This document shows, in pieces, positions 25,549 through 34,881 of a stretch of 46,821 bases of DNA; position 1 is the first letter of the stretch, and each line of letters starts with the position of its first letter. The stretch comes from a virus. Its lineage: Duplodnaviria > Caudoviricetes. Made by a program: the position numbers and the translations under genes. The stretch is taken from IMG/VR virus record IMGVR_UViG_3300036987_000019, positions 1 through 46,821 of that record; one strand, written 5' to 3'. Under the pieces are notes generated by a model. That model did no database searches. It had not been told where the DNA came from and worked only from the letters and a program-made list of their open reading frames with translations.

Positions 25549-26315
25549 GCACCACGGCTGATGTTACAGCTTGTTTGCGCGAACGGTATTGCGCCCCGGA
25601 GTTCGCCTTCTTCGAGGAGGTTGGCGATGCCGGCTCAATGAGCCGCGTCCATGCTGACGGTGTGGCGATCAATATGTGGGCTTCGCGTGGCTACGCGATC
25701 ACGGGATTCGAGGTCAAGGTTTCTCGGTCGGATTGGTTGCGGGAGTTGAAGCAGCCGGAGAAGGCGGAGCCGATCATTCGTAAGTGTGATTATTTCTATC
25801 TCGTCGCGCCTGAGGAAATCTACAAGCCCGACGAGGTCCCGCCGTCATGGGGTATCCTCGGTTTTAAGGACGGAAAATTGCGCGAGAAGCGCAAGGCTCC
25901 GAAATTGGAGCCGGAGCCGATTACGCGTCAATTCGTCGCTCAGATGTTTCGCCGGGGTCACCAGATCGAGACCCGGAACATCGAAGCCATCGTCAATAAG
26001 GCGATGATTGAAGAGCGTGCCGCAAACGCGAAACGCGTCGAGAGCGCAGTGACGTCTCGCACTCGCGACCTTGAGCGAATGGCTGAAAAGTGGCGTGCGG
26101 TCGAGCGAGCCATCGGCAGTGAATGGCTCACGGACGAGAAACTTATCGAAGCGGTGCGCATCGTGATGAAGTCCGGTGTGCAGGGCGTCTATGACGGGTT
26201 GCCCCAACTTCTAGCCAGCCTGCGACGCGGCGCAGATCAGATTGAGAAAGCACTGGAGCCATTGCGCGTTCCTGAAATTCAGTTCGCGGCTAATTCAGGG
26301 GAGAATGCGACGTGA
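25545..26315 (+). CDS. MmcB-like PD-(D/E)xK nuclease protein
   Basis: EV...ADGVAI...GFEVKVSRSDWLREL..PEK...CDYFYLVAP...EVPPSWG. Confidence 0.75.
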   Translation: MSTTADVTACLRERYCAPEFAFFEEVGDAGSMSRVHADGVAINMWASRGYAITGFEVKVSRSDWLRELKQPEKAEPIIRKCDYFYLVAPEEIYKPDEVPPSWGILGFKDGKLREKRKAPKLEPEPITRQFVAQMFRRGHQIETRNIEAIVNKAMIEERAANAKRVESAVTSRTRDLERMAEKWRAVERAIGSEWLTDEKLIEAVRIVMKSGVQGVYDGLPQLLASLRRGADQIEKALEPLRVPEIQFAANSGENAT

Positions 26316-26485
26316 CGGCCAAGGCTCCGGATTTTGGATTTATCTACGACCTGCGCCGCGGTTTCTACGTCAACGGTGCATCGCTCTGTCCGTGCTGCGG
26401 TGCTGATGACGGTTACGACAAATGCGAATACTGCGGCGGAAAAGGTTGGCTTCCTGAAGAATGGGATGATGCAGATGCGGACTAG
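26312..26485 (+). CDS. Small zinc-finger protein (57 aa, not in ORF track)
   Basis: GTGA-coupled; CPCCG...CEYCGGKG. Confidence 0.55.
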   Translation: MTAKAPDFGFIYDLRRGFYVNGASLCPCCGADDGYDKCEYCGGKGWLPEEWDDADAD

Positions 26486-26807
26486 AGACAGGCTTGCGGC
26501 TGAGTTGCGGAAGGTCGCCGACCATGCATCGCCAGCAAACGCGGTGAAGTATCTGGCGCTGGCATCTAGGGCCGATACCGGCGAATTCGACGACTATGCG
26601 GACACGCATGTCTGTCCGATCACACAGCTTTACACTGAGCTTATGGCTGCTGGGTTTACGAAGTTCGCGGCGCGTGTCGCTAACGGCGAGTTCGACGCGA
26701 CGAAAGAAGAAAGCGACGAATGGGCGCGAAGCCCGTCGGGACAGGCAGCGGCGAAAGAGCTACCGCCTGAGATGCGCCAGATATTTGGTTTGGACCTTTT
26801 GAACTAG
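26466..26807 (+). CDS. Hypothetical phage protein
   Basis: MRTRDRLAAEL...ANGEFDATKEESDEWARSPSGQ; exact start uncertain. Confidence 0.65.
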   Translation: MMQMRTRDRLAAELRKVADHASPANAVKYLALASRADTGEFDDYADTHVCPITQLYTELMAAGFTKFAARVANGEFDATKEESDEWARSPSGQAAAKELPPEMRQIFGLDLLN

Positions 26808-26816
26808 GAGATCGAC

Positions 26817-27056
26817 ATGCCGGAGACGATTACCAACCAAGAAGCTATCCAGATGATGAATCGCTGCAAAAGCGAAATCACCAATCTGAAGGCGGCTATC
26901 GCGCACCTACAGCCGAAGGCTGACGCTTACGACAACCTTGCGGCAATTGTCCGGCTTCTGCCTCAGCCATCGCAGGGCTATGGCGAAGATCTGGTCTGGG
27001 TGCTGGATAAGCGCATCCGTGAGTTGACGCCGAAGCCGGCGGAGAATCCAGCATGA
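26817..27056 (+). CDS. Hypothetical protein
   Basis: AGGAGA RBS, 79 aa. Confidence 0.7.
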   Translation: MPETITNQEAIQMMNRCKSEITNLKAAIAHLQPKADAYDNLAAIVRLLPQPSQGYGEDLVWVLDKRIRELTPKPAENPA

Positions 27057-27259
27057 GTGAATTCAAATCAGACCTGATCGACGTCGCTGTTGTCCGTCAC
27101 GCCGAAACGGACAAGGCGATTCTCGTGTCGGAAACAGCACACAAGGAAGATGCTGTCTGGCTTCCGAAGTCACAGATCGAAATTGAGAACGACGGCCACA
27201 AGAATTTCGTGACCGTCACGCTTCCGGAATGGCTCGCCAAGGACAAGGGTTTGATCTGA
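27053..27259 (+). CDS. Hypothetical small beta-rich phage protein
   Basis: ETDKAILV...VWLPKSQIE...LPEWLA..KGL. Confidence 0.75.
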   Translation: MSEFKSDLIDVAVVRHAETDKAILVSETAHKEDAVWLPKSQIEIENDGHKNFVTVTLPEWLAKDKGLI

Positions 27260-27513
27260 TGCATATCGGTCGTATCGAAGGTGCAACGCGCGTTCTCGGA
27301 AAGTCTCAGGGCTACCTTGGGCTACCTGTCCGCGATGTCATGGTGAATTGCACTGTTGGTGGCGAAGGCACGCCGGCGATGGAAACGGCTTGGCTGCCGA
27401 CGCCGGAACAGATCGCACGGATCGTTGCTGGTGCTGCCGTCCATGTCCGAATTCTCGGAACTAGCCACCCGCCGATCATGGTGGACGTCGGACCCGTTCC
27501 ACCAATCGAGTAA
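27259..27513 (+). CDS. Hypothetical phage protein
   Basis: MHIGRIEGATRVLG...METAWLPT...HPPI; TGATG coupling. Confidence 0.7.
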   Translation: MHIGRIEGATRVLGKSQGYLGLPVRDVMVNCTVGGEGTPAMETAWLPTPEQIARIVAGAAVHVRILGTSHPPIMVDVGPVPPIE

Positions 27514-27551
27514 CCGCGTAATCCAAAACACAAACTATCGAGGCAGAGACG

Positions 27552-27722
27552 ATGACGGCCATCAAAATTGACCAAGGAATTATGCAGCGGCTGACGGTCA
27601 CGATCACGCTTCCTCGCATGTTCGTGTTCCGGATTTGGCTCGGCTGTCAGTTGATGCGTCTCGGTGGCGTCGTCGCCGGGTGTCGTATCGTTGTCGAAAC
27701 ATCAGAAACCGAAGCCAAGTAA
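27552..27722 (+). CDS. Small hypothetical protein (56 aa, not in ORF track)
   Basis: MTAIKIDQG...RIWLGCQLMRLGGVVAGC; GAGG RBS. Confidence 0.5.
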   Translation: MTAIKIDQGIMQRLTVTITLPRMFVFRIWLGCQLMRLGGVVAGCRIVVETSETEAK

Positions 27723-27766
27723 CCCGCCGCATTAATTGAACAAATCGAAACTCAAGAGGCAGAGAC

Positions 27767-28312
27767 GTGGCAAGCGAACAGCAGACATCGGATTGGTACG
27801 TCGTTCTCACGCAACCAGGTCGCGAACTGACCACGGTTTGGCGGCTGCATAGGATGGATCTGGAGCTTTACGTTCCGGCGGTTATCCGACTCGTGAAGTC
27901 GGGTGGCTGGCGAGGGAAGGCCGCCAAGGTGCGGACGCCGCAGCCCCGGCCGATGTTTCAGGGCTACGGGTTTTTGCGCTGCGATAGCGTGACGTCCGAG
28001 AAGCGGGTCAAGGACTGCGACGGCGTCATGGGCTTGCTGCCGTGGCGAGGGAGCGGGAAGGCTGCGCGCCTGCCACACGAGGCGATCATGGCGATCAGAG
28101 CGAAGCAGCTTGAGCAGCATCGCATGGTGTTGGATTCGAAGGGCGTCCGCCCATCGTCATTCAAGCCCGGCGACATGGTTCGCGTGGACGAGGGCTCGGT
28201 CTATTCCGGCCTCGTCGCCAAGGTCGAAAGCATCGACACGAAGGGGCGGATTGAGATATTGTTGGGCATGATCCGGCACACGTTGCCGGCGGATATGGTG
28301 GTTGCTGCGTAG
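27767..28312 (+). CDS. NusG-family transcription antiterminator (late regulator)
   Basis: NGN domain WYVVLTQPGRE...PMFQGYGF and KOW FKPGDMVRV.EG..YSGL.A.V; occupies the Q position. Confidence 0.85.
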   Translation: MASEQQTSDWYVVLTQPGRELTTVWRLHRMDLELYVPAVIRLVKSGGWRGKAAKVRTPQPRPMFQGYGFLRCDSVTSEKRVKDCDGVMGLLPWRGSGKAARLPHEAIMAIRAKQLEQHRMVLDSKGVRPSSFKPGDMVRVDEGSVYSGLVAKVESIDTKGRIEILLGMIRHTLPADMVVAA

Positions 28313-28324
28313 TGGGAGCGTTTT

Positions 28325-28516
28325 GTGAACCTTGCAAAATTGACATCGGCTGATGGCCGAGAAGTTTTCGTGAATACCGACGAGATCGTCGCGATGGAAG
28401 GTTTTCAGGGATTTACCCGGATTACCTTTACGTCTGGCACTGAAATGGCCGTCAAGGAGTCCCCGCACCACATCATCGGTGGGCTGCCCGATGGCGGGAA
28501 GCGATCCGCTCGCTAG
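28325..28516 (+). CDS. Small FlbD-like-fold protein
   Basis: LTSADGREVFVNTDEIVAME....TRITF..G....VKES. Confidence 0.55.
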   Translation: MNLAKLTSADGREVFVNTDEIVAMEGFQGFTRITFTSGTEMAVKESPHHIIGGLPDGGKRSAR

Positions 28517-28584
28517 GTGCCTGTGAACAACAGCTAGATATTGTTGCAGGTCGAACGCAAATCACTTACGGCTGAATCGTTCGG

Positions 28585-28700
28585 TCATGCGGGGCATCGC
28601 GTGATCTGGCGTGCCGGAGATAGGGACCAGCCCGAAACGGTAAGCGCCACAGGCAAAAGCAGCCTGATTCCGGGCAATATCTTGCCCTGCTGCCGCATGA
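28585..28700 (+). ncRNA. Structured late-leader RNA (candidate)
   Basis: Closing stem TCATGCGG/CCGCATGA encloses three hairpins (see findings). Confidence 0.45.
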
Positions 28701-28732
28701 GCGGTTTTCGCCATTTCAACATCAGGTGCTGC

Positions 28733-28900
28733 ATGGGTGACGTTCTGTCATTCCCCCGACCTGTGCCAAAGGACGGTGGCAAGGCGCGCATCCTCGCAGC
28801 CCGCGCCCATCGCAAGGAAGCAGAGCAGGCGACACCGGACAGTCTCGTGATGCTGCGTGCCGATCCTGAGTACACCGCTCCACCGTGTGATTGTGCCTAG
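28733..28900 (+). CDS. Small hypothetical protein
   Basis: MGDVLSFPRP... with AGGTG RBS. Confidence 0.5.
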   Translation: MGDVLSFPRPVPKDGGKARILAARAHRKEAEQATPDSLVMLRADPEYTAPPCDCA

Positions 28901-29338
28901 GTGGCATCGCTTCCACCTGTCCATCGCCCGTATGGCATAGGCGCACCGCAGCACAGGCTACAGCGCAACAGGGAAGCGGATAGCAGGCGAGGCTCGGCAC
29001 GCAAGCGGGGCTACACCACACAGTGGGACATGGCATCTAAGGCGCACCTGCGAGACCATCCGCTCTGCATAGGGTGTAGTGCTGTAGGTCGCACGGTAGA
29101 GGCCAAGGTAGTTGACCACGTCGAGCCACATCGTGGTGACATGGTGAAGTTCTGGAATAGGGACATGTGGCAGGGGTGCTGCACATGGCACCACGACACA
29201 GTGAAGCAACGCCTCGAGCGTCTGCTCTCTACCGGTGAGGCCCAGCTAGAGGACATGTGGTTGACCTCCGACCTCGCGAAAAAAATAACAATTTCAATGA
29301 AATATTCTTTCAACGCCCCCGGGGGTCAAAATCTCTGA
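28901..29338 (+). CDS. HNH endonuclease (terminase-associated)
   Basis: RGSARKRGY...HPLCIGC...VVDHVEPHRGD...C..HHD..KQ. Confidence 0.9.
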   Translation: MASLPPVHRPYGIGAPQHRLQRNREADSRRGSARKRGYTTQWDMASKAHLRDHPLCIGCSAVGRTVEAKVVDHVEPHRGDMVKFWNRDMWQGCCTWHHDTVKQRLERLLSTGEAQLEDMWLTSDLAKKITISMKYSFNAPGGQNL

Positions 29339-29400
29339 GGCGTTTTCTTTCGGGACCGGTCGTCGCCCAAAAAATCTACGCGTGCAATTCTGAGGTGTTT
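29315..29400. other. Putative cos site region
   Basis: GGGGGTCAAAATCTCT...GACCGGTCGTCGCCCAAAAAA between HNH and terS, the usual position in HK97-type cos phages. Exact cut site unknown. Confidence 0.5.
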
Positions 29401-29406
29401 TTCCCC

Positions 29407-29877
29407 ATGGCCCACCAGGGAGGACGGAAGCGCAAGCCGGATCATCTGAAAATCGTCACTGGAACGGCGCAGCCGAGCCGGATGAACTCGGAGGCGCCAG
29501 CGGCTCCGACCGATCTTCCTAAGCCGCCGCACTGGTTAACGGTGCGCGGCACTGAAATCTTTCACGGGCTTGTGGCGATCTTGGACGAAATGGGAATCGC
29601 GTCGTCGGCCGACGCGGCGGTGATCACCCTTTGCGCCTCACGCATCGAGGAAGTTGAAATCACGACAGCCTTAGTTGAGGACAACGGGCGGACGTTCGAA
29701 ACGGTCAACGAGAGCGGTAGCACCATGTACCGATCGCGCCCCGAAGTGGCGCAGCGCAATGAAGCGATGCGGCACGCACAGTCGCTGCTGAGCGAATTGG
29801 GGCTGACGCCGGCGGCGCGGTCCAAGGTTTCCATCATCAACAAACCAGAAGGAAACCCGTTCAAGAATTTGGGATGA
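29407..29877 (+). CDS. terS: Terminase small subunit (P27 family)
   Basis: GRKRKPDHLKIVTG...PPHWL...LGLTPAARSKV. Confidence 0.9.
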   Translation: MAHQGGRKRKPDHLKIVTGTAQPSRMNSEAPAAPTDLPKPPHWLTVRGTEIFHGLVAILDEMGIASSADAAVITLCASRIEEVEITTALVEDNGRTFETVNESGSTMYRSRPEVAQRNEAMRHAQSLLSELGLTPAARSKVSIINKPEGNPFKNLG

Positions 29878-29878
29878 C

Positions 29879-31600
29879 ATGGCCGACAAGTTTCCCCATG
29901 TGGACCTCGCGCTTCAGTACGCGAAGGCGGTCGCCGCCAAGAAGATCCCGGCTTGCAAATGGGTGAGGCTGGCGTGCAAGCGTCATGTCGCGGACCTTGC
30001 GAAAGCGAAAACCAAGGCGTTTGCCTACCGCTTCGATCCGGTCAAAGCCGAACGAGTCTGTAAATTCATCGAGTTGCTGCCGCACACGAAAGGGGTGTGG
30101 GCCTCGAAATCGGAGCTTCTGAAGCTCGAGCCGTGGCAGTGCTTCAAAACGGTCTGTCTGTTCGGATGGGTCCGGAAGCAGGACAACCTCCGGCGCTTCC
30201 GTAAGGCTATCATTCTCGAGCCTCGCAAGAACGCCAAGTCTACATGGGCCGCGGCGGTTGGGCTCTACATGCTCACCGCCGACGGCGAGCACGGCGCGGA
30301 AGTCTATTCCGGCGCCACTACCGAAAAGCAGGCTTGGGAAGTTTTCCGGCCAGCCCGGCTGATGGCGCTGAAAACACCAGCCCTGAAGGCCGCATACGGC
30401 CTGGACGTTAACGCTTCGAACCTGCACATCCTCGGCAATGCCAGCCGATTTGAGCCGATCATAGGAAAACCAGGCGACGGCGCGTCGCCATCATGCTCGA
30501 TCGTGGACGAGTACCACGAGCACGATACAGACGCGATGGTTGACACGATGGAGACCGGCATGGGTGCGCGCGAGCAGCCGTTGTCCATCATCATCACAAC
30601 CGCCGGCGACAATCTCGCGGGGCCTTGCTACGCCGCTGTTCTCGACGCGCAGCGGATGCTTGAAGGCGTAATTGCGAACGACGAAATGTTCGCGCTGATG
30701 TACGGCGTCGATCCGGAGGACGACTGGACGTCCGAGATTGCGCTGCGCAAAGCAAACCCGAACTACGACGTTAGTGTGAATGGAGAATTTCTCCGCGCGC
30801 GCCAACGTGAAGCCATTAACAACGCGCGGAAGGTTGGAACGTTCAAGACCAAGCACCTCAATATGTGGGTGCAGTCCCGGTCAGCCTACTTCAACATTCA
30901 AAGGTGGAACGAGAGCGCGCAGCCGAAAATCGCGCTAGCGGATTTTGAAAAGCAGCCCTGCCGTATAGGGCTCGATCTCGCGGCGAAGGTCGATATCGCC
31001 GCCATTGAGATCATCTTCAAACTTGCCGAGTGCGACTGCAAGGCGGCGAAGGACCTGATCGCGAAGGGATTCGAGTACGTCAGGTTCGGGAAATACTTCC
31101 TCCCGGAAGCGACGATCGAGCAAGGGGAGAACGAGCACTATCGGGGCTGGGTCAATTGTCCGGAAGCGTGGATCACGCAGACCGACGGCGAGATGATCGA
31201 TTACATCGAGGTGCGCGACACGATCATCGACCTAACGGAAAAGTTTCAAGTCTCCGAAGTTGCCTACGATCCGCACCAGGCCATGATGATGGTCAGCGAG
31301 CTAATGGCGAAGGGCATCCCGGTGATTGAGGTTCGGCCGCTGGTGCTGAATTTCTCCGAACCCATGAAGCAGATGGACGGCCTGATCCGATCAAGGAAGA
31401 CCGCCCACAACGGCGACCCTGTGTACACATGGATGCTGTCAAACGTTGTCGCCAAGCCTGACGCGAAAGACAACGTCTACCCCCGCAAGGATCGTGAAGA
31501 AAACAAGATCGACGGGCCTGTGGCGCACATGATGGCGCTCGCCCGGTTCATGACAGGTGCTGCCTCTCAATCCTTCTGGGAAGTCGCGGCCAGCGCTTAA
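29879..31600 (+). CDS. terL: Terminase large subunit
   Basis: LEPWQ, PRKNAKST (Walker A), IVDEYH (Walker B), IITTAG, GLDLA and KIDGPVA. Confidence 0.96.
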   Translation: MADKFPHVDLALQYAKAVAAKKIPACKWVRLACKRHVADLAKAKTKAFAYRFDPVKAERVCKFIELLPHTKGVWASKSELLKLEPWQCFKTVCLFGWVRKQDNLRRFRKAIILEPRKNAKSTWAAAVGLYMLTADGEHGAEVYSGATTEKQAWEVFRPARLMALKTPALKAAYGLDVNASNLHILGNASRFEPIIGKPGDGASPSCSIVDEYHEHDTDAMVDTMETGMGAREQPLSIIITTAGDNLAGPCYAAVLDAQRMLEGVIANDEMFALMYGVDPEDDWTSEIALRKANPNYDVSVNGEFLRARQREAINNARKVGTFKTKHLNMWVQSRSAYFNIQRWNESAQPKIALADFEKQPCRIGLDLAAKVDIAAIEIIFKLAECDCKAAKDLIAKGFEYVRFGKYFLPEATIEQGENEHYRGWVNCPEAWITQTDGEMIDYIEVRDTIIDLTEKFQVSEVAYDPHQAMMMVSELMAKGIPVIEVRPLVLNFSEPMKQMDGLIRSRKTAHNGDPVYTWMLSNVVAKPDAKDNVYPRKDREENKIDGPVAHMMALARFMTGAASQSFWEVAASA

Positions 31601-31608
31601 AGGTATCG

Positions 31609-32895
31609 ATGCCCATGGGCTTCTGGAAAAGACTCGTAGGGCTCGAGGAAAAGAATGTCCGTGTTCTCACGTCTTCCGATCTTGAGAAGGTGCTTCGCAC
31701 CGGCGGAGCGTCGCGGTCGGGCGCGGTCGTAAATTGGGACACCGCGCTCGAGGTGTCCACGGTCCTTGCCTGCACGCGGGTCATTGCCGAGGGCGTGTCT
31801 CAGGTTCCGTTCCGGCTCTATCGTGACGTGCCGGCGGGCCGGAAGGCGGCCACGGACCATCCGCTGTATCGCGTTTTGTATCGCCGCCCGAACCCATGGC
31901 AGACCAGCTTCGAGTTTCGCGAGACGATGCTGTTCCACACGATCCTGACGGGCAACGGATACGCCTTCGTCAATCGCGTCGGGCGGGACCGGGAGGTCCG
32001 TGAGCTCATCCCGATCGAGCCCGGCCGCGTCCGTGTCGAGCAGCAGAGCGATTACAGCCTTGTTTATTGGGTGACCGGCAGGGACGGGTCTCGGCAGGAT
32101 TTCGGTCAGGATGCAATCTGGCATCTTCGCGGGCCGTCCTGGAATTCGTGGCTCGGGCTCGATGCGACGCGCCTCGCGCGCAACGCCATCGGACTTTCGA
32201 TCACCCTTGAAGAAGGGCAGAGCGATTTCCAGCGCAACGGCGCTCGTACCAGCGGCGTCCTGTCCGTAAAGCAGACGATGGGGCCGGAGAAATTCGAGTT
32301 CCTGTCGGCGTGGCTGGACAAGCATCTGCCTGGCGGCGAGCGCGCCGGCAAGCCGATGATCGCAGACCAGGACGCAGACTACAAATCGATGTCCATGACG
32401 GGCGTCGACCAGCAGCTTCTCGAGACGCGCAAGCATCAGATCGAGGAAATCTGCCGAGAATTCCGCGTCATGCCCATCATGATCGGGCAGTCTGACAAGG
32501 CCGCAACCTACGCCAGCGCCGAGCAGATGTTCCTTGCGCACGTCGTTCACACCTTGATGCCTTGGTATGACCGGATCGAGCAGAGCGCCGACGTCAACCT
32601 CCTGACCGATCAGGAAATCAAGGAAGGCTACTACGCCAAGTTCACGCCGAACGCGCTGATGCGCGGTGCGGCGAAGGACCGGGCGGAATTCTATTCCAAG
32701 GCGCTGGGCTCCGGCGGCGCGAAGGGTTGGATGACGCAGAACGACGTCCGCGCCCTTGAAGAACTCGATAAGTCCGACGATCCGAAAGCCGATGAGTTGC
32801 CGCAGCCGCCCGTGGCTGCCCCCGCAAAGCCAGATCCAGCGAAACCAGCCGATAACGCGCCCGATGAACCGGGCGCCGAGGATGACGCACCATGA
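31609..32895 (+). CDS. Portal protein, HK97 family
   Basis: HPLYRVL..RPNPWQT.FEF...LTGNGYA...GWMTQNDVRALE. Confidence 0.95.
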   Translation: MPMGFWKRLVGLEEKNVRVLTSSDLEKVLRTGGASRSGAVVNWDTALEVSTVLACTRVIAEGVSQVPFRLYRDVPAGRKAATDHPLYRVLYRRPNPWQTSFEFRETMLFHTILTGNGYAFVNRVGRDREVRELIPIEPGRVRVEQQSDYSLVYWVTGRDGSRQDFGQDAIWHLRGPSWNSWLGLDATRLARNAIGLSITLEEGQSDFQRNGARTSGVLSVKQTMGPEKFEFLSAWLDKHLPGGERAGKPMIADQDADYKSMSMTGVDQQLLETRKHQIEEICREFRVMPIMIGQSDKAATYASAEQMFLAHVVHTLMPWYDRIEQSADVNLLTDQEIKEGYYAKFTPNALMRGAAKDRAEFYSKALGSGGAKGWMTQNDVRALEELDKSDDPKADELPQPPVAAPAKPDPAKPADNAPDEPGAEDDAP

Positions 32896-33593
32896 AGCGC
32901 GAGAACTTTTACTCTCCGGTTGAGGTGAAATTTGCCGATGATGGCGGCGCGACGGGCACTTTCGAGGGCTACGGCGCTGTGTTCGGCAACCTCGATTCCT
33001 ACGGCGACGTTATCCAGAAGGCCGCTTTCAAGGACACCTTGAAGGAATGGAAGAAGGCCAAGCGTCTTCCGCCTATGTTGGTGCAGCACGGCGGCTGGAT
33101 GATGACCGATCAGGACGCCTTGCCTGTCGGAAAATGGATGGAGATGGAAGAAGACGACCACGGCCTGAAGGTCAAAGGACGTCTGATCAATCTCGATACC
33201 GAAAGCGGAAAGCGAATCTACGGTGCGATGCGCGAGGGCGTGCTCGACGGCATGTCGATCGGCTACCGCGCGAAAGAATTCGCCGTCGGCACGAAGCCGG
33301 AAGAGCCGCGCCGCACTTTGAAGAAAATCGATCTCGTTGAACTGTCTGTCGTTACGTTTCCCGCGAACGGCGCCGCGCGCGTCTCGCAGGTCAAGAGCGC
33401 CGACGAGTTGAAAGTCGAGATCAAGAAACTCGCCGATCTGGCTGACTTCCTTCGTGAGGTTGGAGGCCTGTCCAAGTCGGCAGCGGAAGCTGTTTGCAGC
33501 AACTTCCTCGCCAAATCGCATCAGGGTGAGCCTGAGACGGAAGAGGCATTCACAGCCGCAGCCGCGGCGTTCCTCAAATCCATCAAAGGATAA
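32892..33593 (+). CDS. Prohead protease, HK97 family
   Basis: FEGYGAVFGNLDSYGD...ML.QH...GMSIGY...ELSVVTFPAN. Confidence 0.95.
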   Translation: MKRENFYSPVEVKFADDGGATGTFEGYGAVFGNLDSYGDVIQKAAFKDTLKEWKKAKRLPPMLVQHGGWMMTDQDALPVGKWMEMEEDDHGLKVKGRLINLDTESGKRIYGAMREGVLDGMSIGYRAKEFAVGTKPEEPRRTLKKIDLVELSVVTFPANGAARVSQVKSADELKVEIKKLADLADFLREVGGLSKSAAEAVCSNFLAKSHQGEPETEEAFTAAAAAFLKSIKG

Positions 33594-33599
33594 TTCGAA

Positions 33600-34823
33600 A
33601 TGACCGATGCAACCGCAACCCTGAACGAGATCAAGTCTGCGTTCGAGGAGTTCAAGACCAAGAACGATTCCGTTATCGCGGAAGAGATCAAAAAGGGCAC
33701 CGCCGACGTCGTTCGCAAGAATGAAGTCGAGGCCATCAACACCGCCATCACCAAGCTTTCTGAAGAAATGAAGGAGCTTGAGGCCAAGTCGAACCGTCCG
33801 GCAGTCGGCGACAAGGGCCTGAACAAGGACCAGATCGCCCATAAGGCCGCGTTCGTGAAGTGGGCTCGCAAGGGCACCGAGGAAGGTTTGGCCGATCTCG
33901 AGGCCAAGGCCCTCAATGTCACCACGTCCGCCGATGGCGGTTACGCGGTGCCGGAGGAACTGGACCGCACGATCTTGGACCTTCTACAGGTCGTATCGCC
34001 GTTCCGCGCCCTCGCCAATTCGATCACCGTTGGCGGGTCGGACTACAAGAAGCTGGTCAATCTCAAGGGCACCGGTTCGGGCTGGGTCGGCGAGACCTCC
34101 GCTCGCGCAGAAACCAGTTCGCCGACCTTCGCGGAGATCACCCCGTTCATGGGCGAAATCTACGCAAATCCGGCGGCAACGCAGCGGATGCTTGACGATG
34201 CCTTCTTCAACGTCGAGGCGTTCCTCGCCGGCGAGATCGCGGACGAGTTCTCGAAGCAGGAGGCTACCGCGTTCGTGGCCGGCGACGGCACGAACAAGCC
34301 CAAGGGCTTCATGAACTACACGATCAACACCTCGGCTGATGGCGTCCGCACGTTCGGACACCTTCAGAAGAAGATCACCGGCGTTGCCGGTGCCTTCATC
34401 GCCACCACGTCCTCGAGCAATCCTGGCAACACCTTCATCGATGTTATCCACTCGATGAAGTCTCCGCTCCGGCTGGGTGCGTCGTGGGTCATGAACTCGC
34501 TGACGCTTGCGGCCGTTCGCAAGCTGACGGACCTCCAGGGCAACTATCTGTGGCAGCCCAGCCTGACCGTGGACAAGCCGTCGACCTTGCTCGGCTACGC
34601 GGTGAATGAGGTGCCGGACATGCCCGACATCGCGACCACCTCCAATCCGATCGCCTTCGGCAACTGGAAACGCGGCTACACGATCGTCGATCGCATGGGC
34701 GTCCGCCTCCTGCGCGACCCGTACACCAACAAGCCCTTCGTGAATTTCTACACCACGAAGCGCGTCGGCGGCATGGTGGTGGACTCTGAGGCGATCAAGA
34801 TCCTCTCGGTCTCGTCGAACTGA
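33600..34823 (+). CDS. Major capsid protein, HK97 fold
   Basis: N-terminal delta domain; DGGYAVPEE...GDGTNKPKG...FGNW.RGY.IVDR.G...RDPYT. Confidence 0.96.
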   Translation: MTDATATLNEIKSAFEEFKTKNDSVIAEEIKKGTADVVRKNEVEAINTAITKLSEEMKELEAKSNRPAVGDKGLNKDQIAHKAAFVKWARKGTEEGLADLEAKALNVTTSADGGYAVPEELDRTILDLLQVVSPFRALANSITVGGSDYKKLVNLKGTGSGWVGETSARAETSSPTFAEITPFMGEIYANPAATQRMLDDAFFNVEAFLAGEIADEFSKQEATAFVAGDGTNKPKGFMNYTINTSADGVRTFGHLQKKITGVAGAFIATTSSSNPGNTFIDVIHSMKSPLRLGASWVMNSLTLAAVRKLTDLQGNYLWQPSLTVDKPSTLLGYAVNEVPDMPDIATTSNPIAFGNWKRGYTIVDRMGVRLLRDPYTNKPFVNFYTTKRVGGMVVDSEAIKILSVSSN

Positions 34824-34838
34824 GGCTGAAATCCTATC

Positions 34839-34870
34839 GGGCGGCGACTTCGGCCGCCGCCCGCCACTTT
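34839..34870 (+). terminator. Hairpin (weak terminator or stabiliser) after the capsid gene
   Basis: GGGCGGCG/CGCCGCCC stem with a cTTCGg loop and only a weak U tract. Confidence 0.5.
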
Positions 34871-34881
34871 CGGGAGAGTTG

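Noticed and set aside
28325-28516. FlbD-like gene as evidence of flagellar regulation
   Set aside because: The resemblance is only to a short generic fold pattern, and there is no other flagellar context.
28541-28732. N-terminal extension of the 119-aa ORF 28541-28900
   Set aside because: TTG start without an RBS. The ATG at 28733 has an RBS, and the upstream part is better explained as promoter plus structured leader.
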